In this document: positions 62,301 to 64,000 of the stretch, in pieces | Layout: each line of letters begins with the position of its first letter | Position numbering within the stretch: position 1 is the stretch's first letter | Assembly: GCA_964106645.2 (NCBI GenBank) | Contig: OZ067044.1 | Length of the DNA stretch: 64,000 nucleotides | Direction: 5' to 3' (one strand) | Source of the DNA: Podarcis pityusensis | Taxonomy: Eukaryota | The notes under the pieces: model-generated | Told to the model about the DNA's origin: nothing | Seen by the model: only the letters and a program-made list of their open reading frames with translations | The model's database searches: none | Made by a program: the position numbers and the translations under genes

Positions 62301-63119
62301 TACAACCAGGTTAAGGAAAAGGTGTTTGATTGGTTCCATTACTTTCAAATAAACGAAATGGCTAAGAAGGATATTAAAGATAGAGGATATGCGGAAAAAG
62401 ATTCTAAATTCCAGATTGAGATAATAAATAATGATTATAAAATCCTATCAAAAATGTACAACCAGCTGCTAGAGTGGAATTTAATAGACGAAGAAGTGAA
62501 GTCGGTAATGATACACTGGGCAAAAGACTTCGGTTATAATATCTATTTTGAAGAGTGGGAGAAATTATGGAAAAAAAATCTTAAATTCACGGCATGTGTA
62601 ACGTTGAAGGAAAACTTAATGAAGATGTTATACCGTTGGTACATTACCCCTGCGAAACTAGCAAAAATGTATAAGACATGCAGTAAATGTTGGAAATGCA
62701 GGGAAAATGAAGGGACCTTCTACCACATGTGGTGGGATTGCAAAAAGGTTAAAGGTTTCTGGGAAAAGGTATATACAGAAATGGGAAAAATTTTTAAATA
62801 TACTTTTGAAAAAAAGCCAGAGGCCTTTCTGTTAGGTTTATCAGGAAAAGAGATTAAGAATAAAGATGGCAAATTTTTCCAATATGCAACAACGGCAGCA
62901 AGAGTCCTATTAGCCCAAAACTGGAAACAACAGAAAATACCGACAATAGAGGAGTGGAGAGAGAAACTGTTAGATTATGCGGAACTAGATAGACTGACGG
63001 GAAAAATTAGATATTGGAGAGATCAAAGATTTATGGAGGAATGGGGAAAATTCGTGGAATATCTGGATAATTTAAGTGAGGGACAAATAACGCTAGTAGG
63101 GTTTAAAAGAGCTCTGTGA
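59358..63119 (+). CDS. L1 ORF2p: APE endonuclease + reverse transcriptase + C-terminal Cys/His knuckle, 1253 aa
   Basis: APE motifs SWNINGI, LQETH, GDMN, SRIDQIW, SDHNP; Z-domain KAPGPDGF; RT motifs YRPISLLN, DAEKAFD, GTRQGCPLSPLLF, FADD, KYLGI; CWKC-x8-H-x4-C. No stops or frameshifts. Confidence 0.98.
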   Translation: MVLKICSWNINGINDKKKRNKTVQILKKENLDIICLQETHIARRHKRVLINKRLGNEFISSDKDKKRGVVIYIKKQIEAQQIFKDEEGRIMAVQIKWQGENLIIIGLYAPNDNKSDFFKNLEEKLAEYADQKMMILGDMNGVVSLEMDRLREGSGKDGKLPRTFFSLVKNCNLIDSWRLRHPLVKQFTYYSEPNQSQSRIDQIWTSNELTPRILRVEIQAKTISDHNPIKLELKGWEERTFRWRLKDYLLDDQEVVDKAQRRLIDYFKENMNKGTKTKVVWDASKAVMRGFFIQQNTIKNKGREKWKKEILKQIMDNEQKLVQKPNSKRIKENIKALQAQFAMLINREVEWNIKKLRLRSFEYSNKSGKLLAWQIKKRKEQSTINKIIVDGEEKTNPKEVRKAFVDYYSGLYNNRERHNLRRIERFLKDKKVQKIPAEKKEQLNAPVEIEEIEKVIKELKRGKAPGPDGFTASYYKEMKAVLLPPLKEVINNILKEREIPETWKEAFITLIPKQDADLLQVKNYRPISLLNIDYKIFTGILASRMKNILLDYVHGDQTGFLPGRQMKDNIRNIINIIEYLSAKSDKQAILMFVDAEKAFDNTNWDFLLKNLEYMEVGAEFFNGIKAIYTEQKAKLIINNVVSEEIRIGKGTRQGCPLSPLLFITVLEVLLNSIRQNKKIKGITIGQNEYKVKAFADDLLITIEDPTNSIKEILEELEQFGKVAGFKLNKSKTKLMTKNIDLSTIEEIQQQTEIEVARKVKYLGIWITPKNIELFKNNYEVVWKEIKKDLVTWGKLKLSFWGRIAIIKMNALPRMLFLFQNIPIIKGTKIFKEWQREFSKYVWQGKRPRIQFKLLTEAKERGGFALPDLKLYYEASCLCWIKPWIKLDNKELLDLEGHDNRFGWHAYLCYEKKKVHKGFESHIFKGPLIEVWERYRFLLEPRVPHWMSPLEAMSVKKTNMRDKWVTYEQLLIKDGGKWKLKPYNQVKEKVFDWFHYFQINEMAKKDIKDRGYAEKDSKFQIEIINNDYKILSKMYNQLLEWNLIDEEVKSVMIHWAKDFGYNIYFEEWEKLWKKNLKFTACVTLKENLMKMLYRWYITPAKLAKMYKTCSKCWKCRENEGTFYHMWWDCKKVKGFWEKVYTEMGKIFKYTFEKKPEAFLLGLSGKEIKNKDGKFFQYATTAARVLLAQNWKQQKIPTIEEWREKLLDYAELDRLTGKIRYWRDQRFMEEWGKFVEYLDNLSEGQITLVGFKRAL

Positions 63120-64000
63120 TATTTGTAAGAATATTGTCTAAAGAAAAGGGTGGAAAAGACTTGAATAATGTCAATAGATAGTAGGAGATGCGAAAGTATA
63201 TGTTGATAGACAACGGAGATTTGCGGAGACGCCGAAGGAAGTCTTAAAGAATGAATCGGTTGAATACAAGATGTGGTTTATCTGATTTTTATTTGTTTTG
63301 CTGTAAATTAATAAAAATTATGTTGAAAAAAAAAAAAAAACATAACCAACACTTCATCTGTGAAATGCCTCCCTCCCCATGAAAGATGCAGGTGGAGAAA
63401 CAATGAATCCTGAGTAGGAAGGTAATCTAAAAGTTGTATACTTTTATCCATAGCAATGTTTTATATGCTGTAAGATTATCTGGTCTGTGAATTGTTAGCT
63501 GTATGAGTTTTAAAGATTAGCAGTTCACCAGTAATTGAGTATAAAAAATAAATTGCATAGGTGGCCTCTAGTTGACAGCCTGCCATTAAACAGCAGAGCT
63601 GTTACAGTTCCTAAGGAAGTGACTATTTGCCTTGAGAGGTTTACTGTTATGCCAAGTTGACATTAGTGACCATTTCTTTTCTGATGGGACAGTAGAATCC
63701 TCAAACAGTGGAGCAAAAGTCTATGGGGGAATATTCTATCTTTGCTCATTGGCCACACTTAGAAAACAATGAGCTGTCAACCATCGGAGTGTAAATTTTG
63801 AGTGGTTGGGAGGTGCAGCATTGTTGTCAGTTAAACAAAGAAGCTAGAGGGAAGCGATAAAGAAGTCAAGTTGAGGCTGAGAGGTCAGAAATGATAACAT
63901 ATTGGCAACAAACAGTGGCTGTTCAGGTGAACGAAAAGGGTGCCATAGCTGAAATCACAGAAGGCTGAGAAGGTCTTCAAGACTCAACTAGTGCTCTGAA

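Larger units (their letters stand above)
56883..63340 (+). mobile_element. Full-length, apparently intact L1-clade non-LTR retrotransposon (LINE-1)
   Basis: Exact 22-bp direct repeat CATAACCAACACTTCATCTGTG at 56861-56882 and 63341-63362. Starts GACTTCCGG with a CpG-rich leader, has two long tandem ORFs, AATAAA at 63310-63315 and A15 at 63326-63340. Confidence 0.97.
56790..63385 (+). mobile_element. Old L2-like LINE 3' remnant split by the L1 insertion (host pieces ~56790-56882 and 63341-63385)
   Basis: The reconstructed empty site GAAGGCCCTTCTCCAG...AGAGGGCCTTCATAACCAACACTTCATCTGTGAAATGCCTCCCTCCCC resembles the degenerate ORF2 3' end of squamate L2 (AGGGCCTT...CTGTGGAATGC.CTCCC). Confidence 0.5.

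Noticed and set aside
1-64000. Host protein-coding gene
   Set aside because: None of the non-transposon ORFs resembles a protein family I recognise, and I saw no coding exon with convincing splice sites. Short exons could be missed by eye.

Overview
Vertebrate genomic DNA, almost certainly a squamate reptile and probably a lacertid lizard, judged from the combination of Sauria SINE, BovB, RTE, CR1, L2-type tails and L1 sequence. I found no convincing host protein-coding exon, so the window reads as intronic or intergenic DNA rich in transposable elements, with one assembly gap (33458-33585). The main feature is an apparently intact, full-length L1-clade LINE at 56883-63340. It has a ~1.47 kb 5' UTR, ORF1, an uninterrupted 1253-aa APE-RT ORF2, a poly(A) tail and a perfect 22-bp target-site duplication (TSD), and it sits inside an old L2-like remnant. 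Other elements: a second, divergent 5'-truncated L1 nested in a very old L1 fossil; a clean solo LTR with a 5-bp TSD and many CCAAT boxes; a nested LTR-in-LTR pair whose members share a cryptic acidic/basic reading frame; four copies of a putative DIRS/Ngaro-type repeat; several MITEs, SINEs and microsatellites; and some repeat-free stretches that may be conserved non-coding elements. Family names come from recognised motifs, not from database searches.
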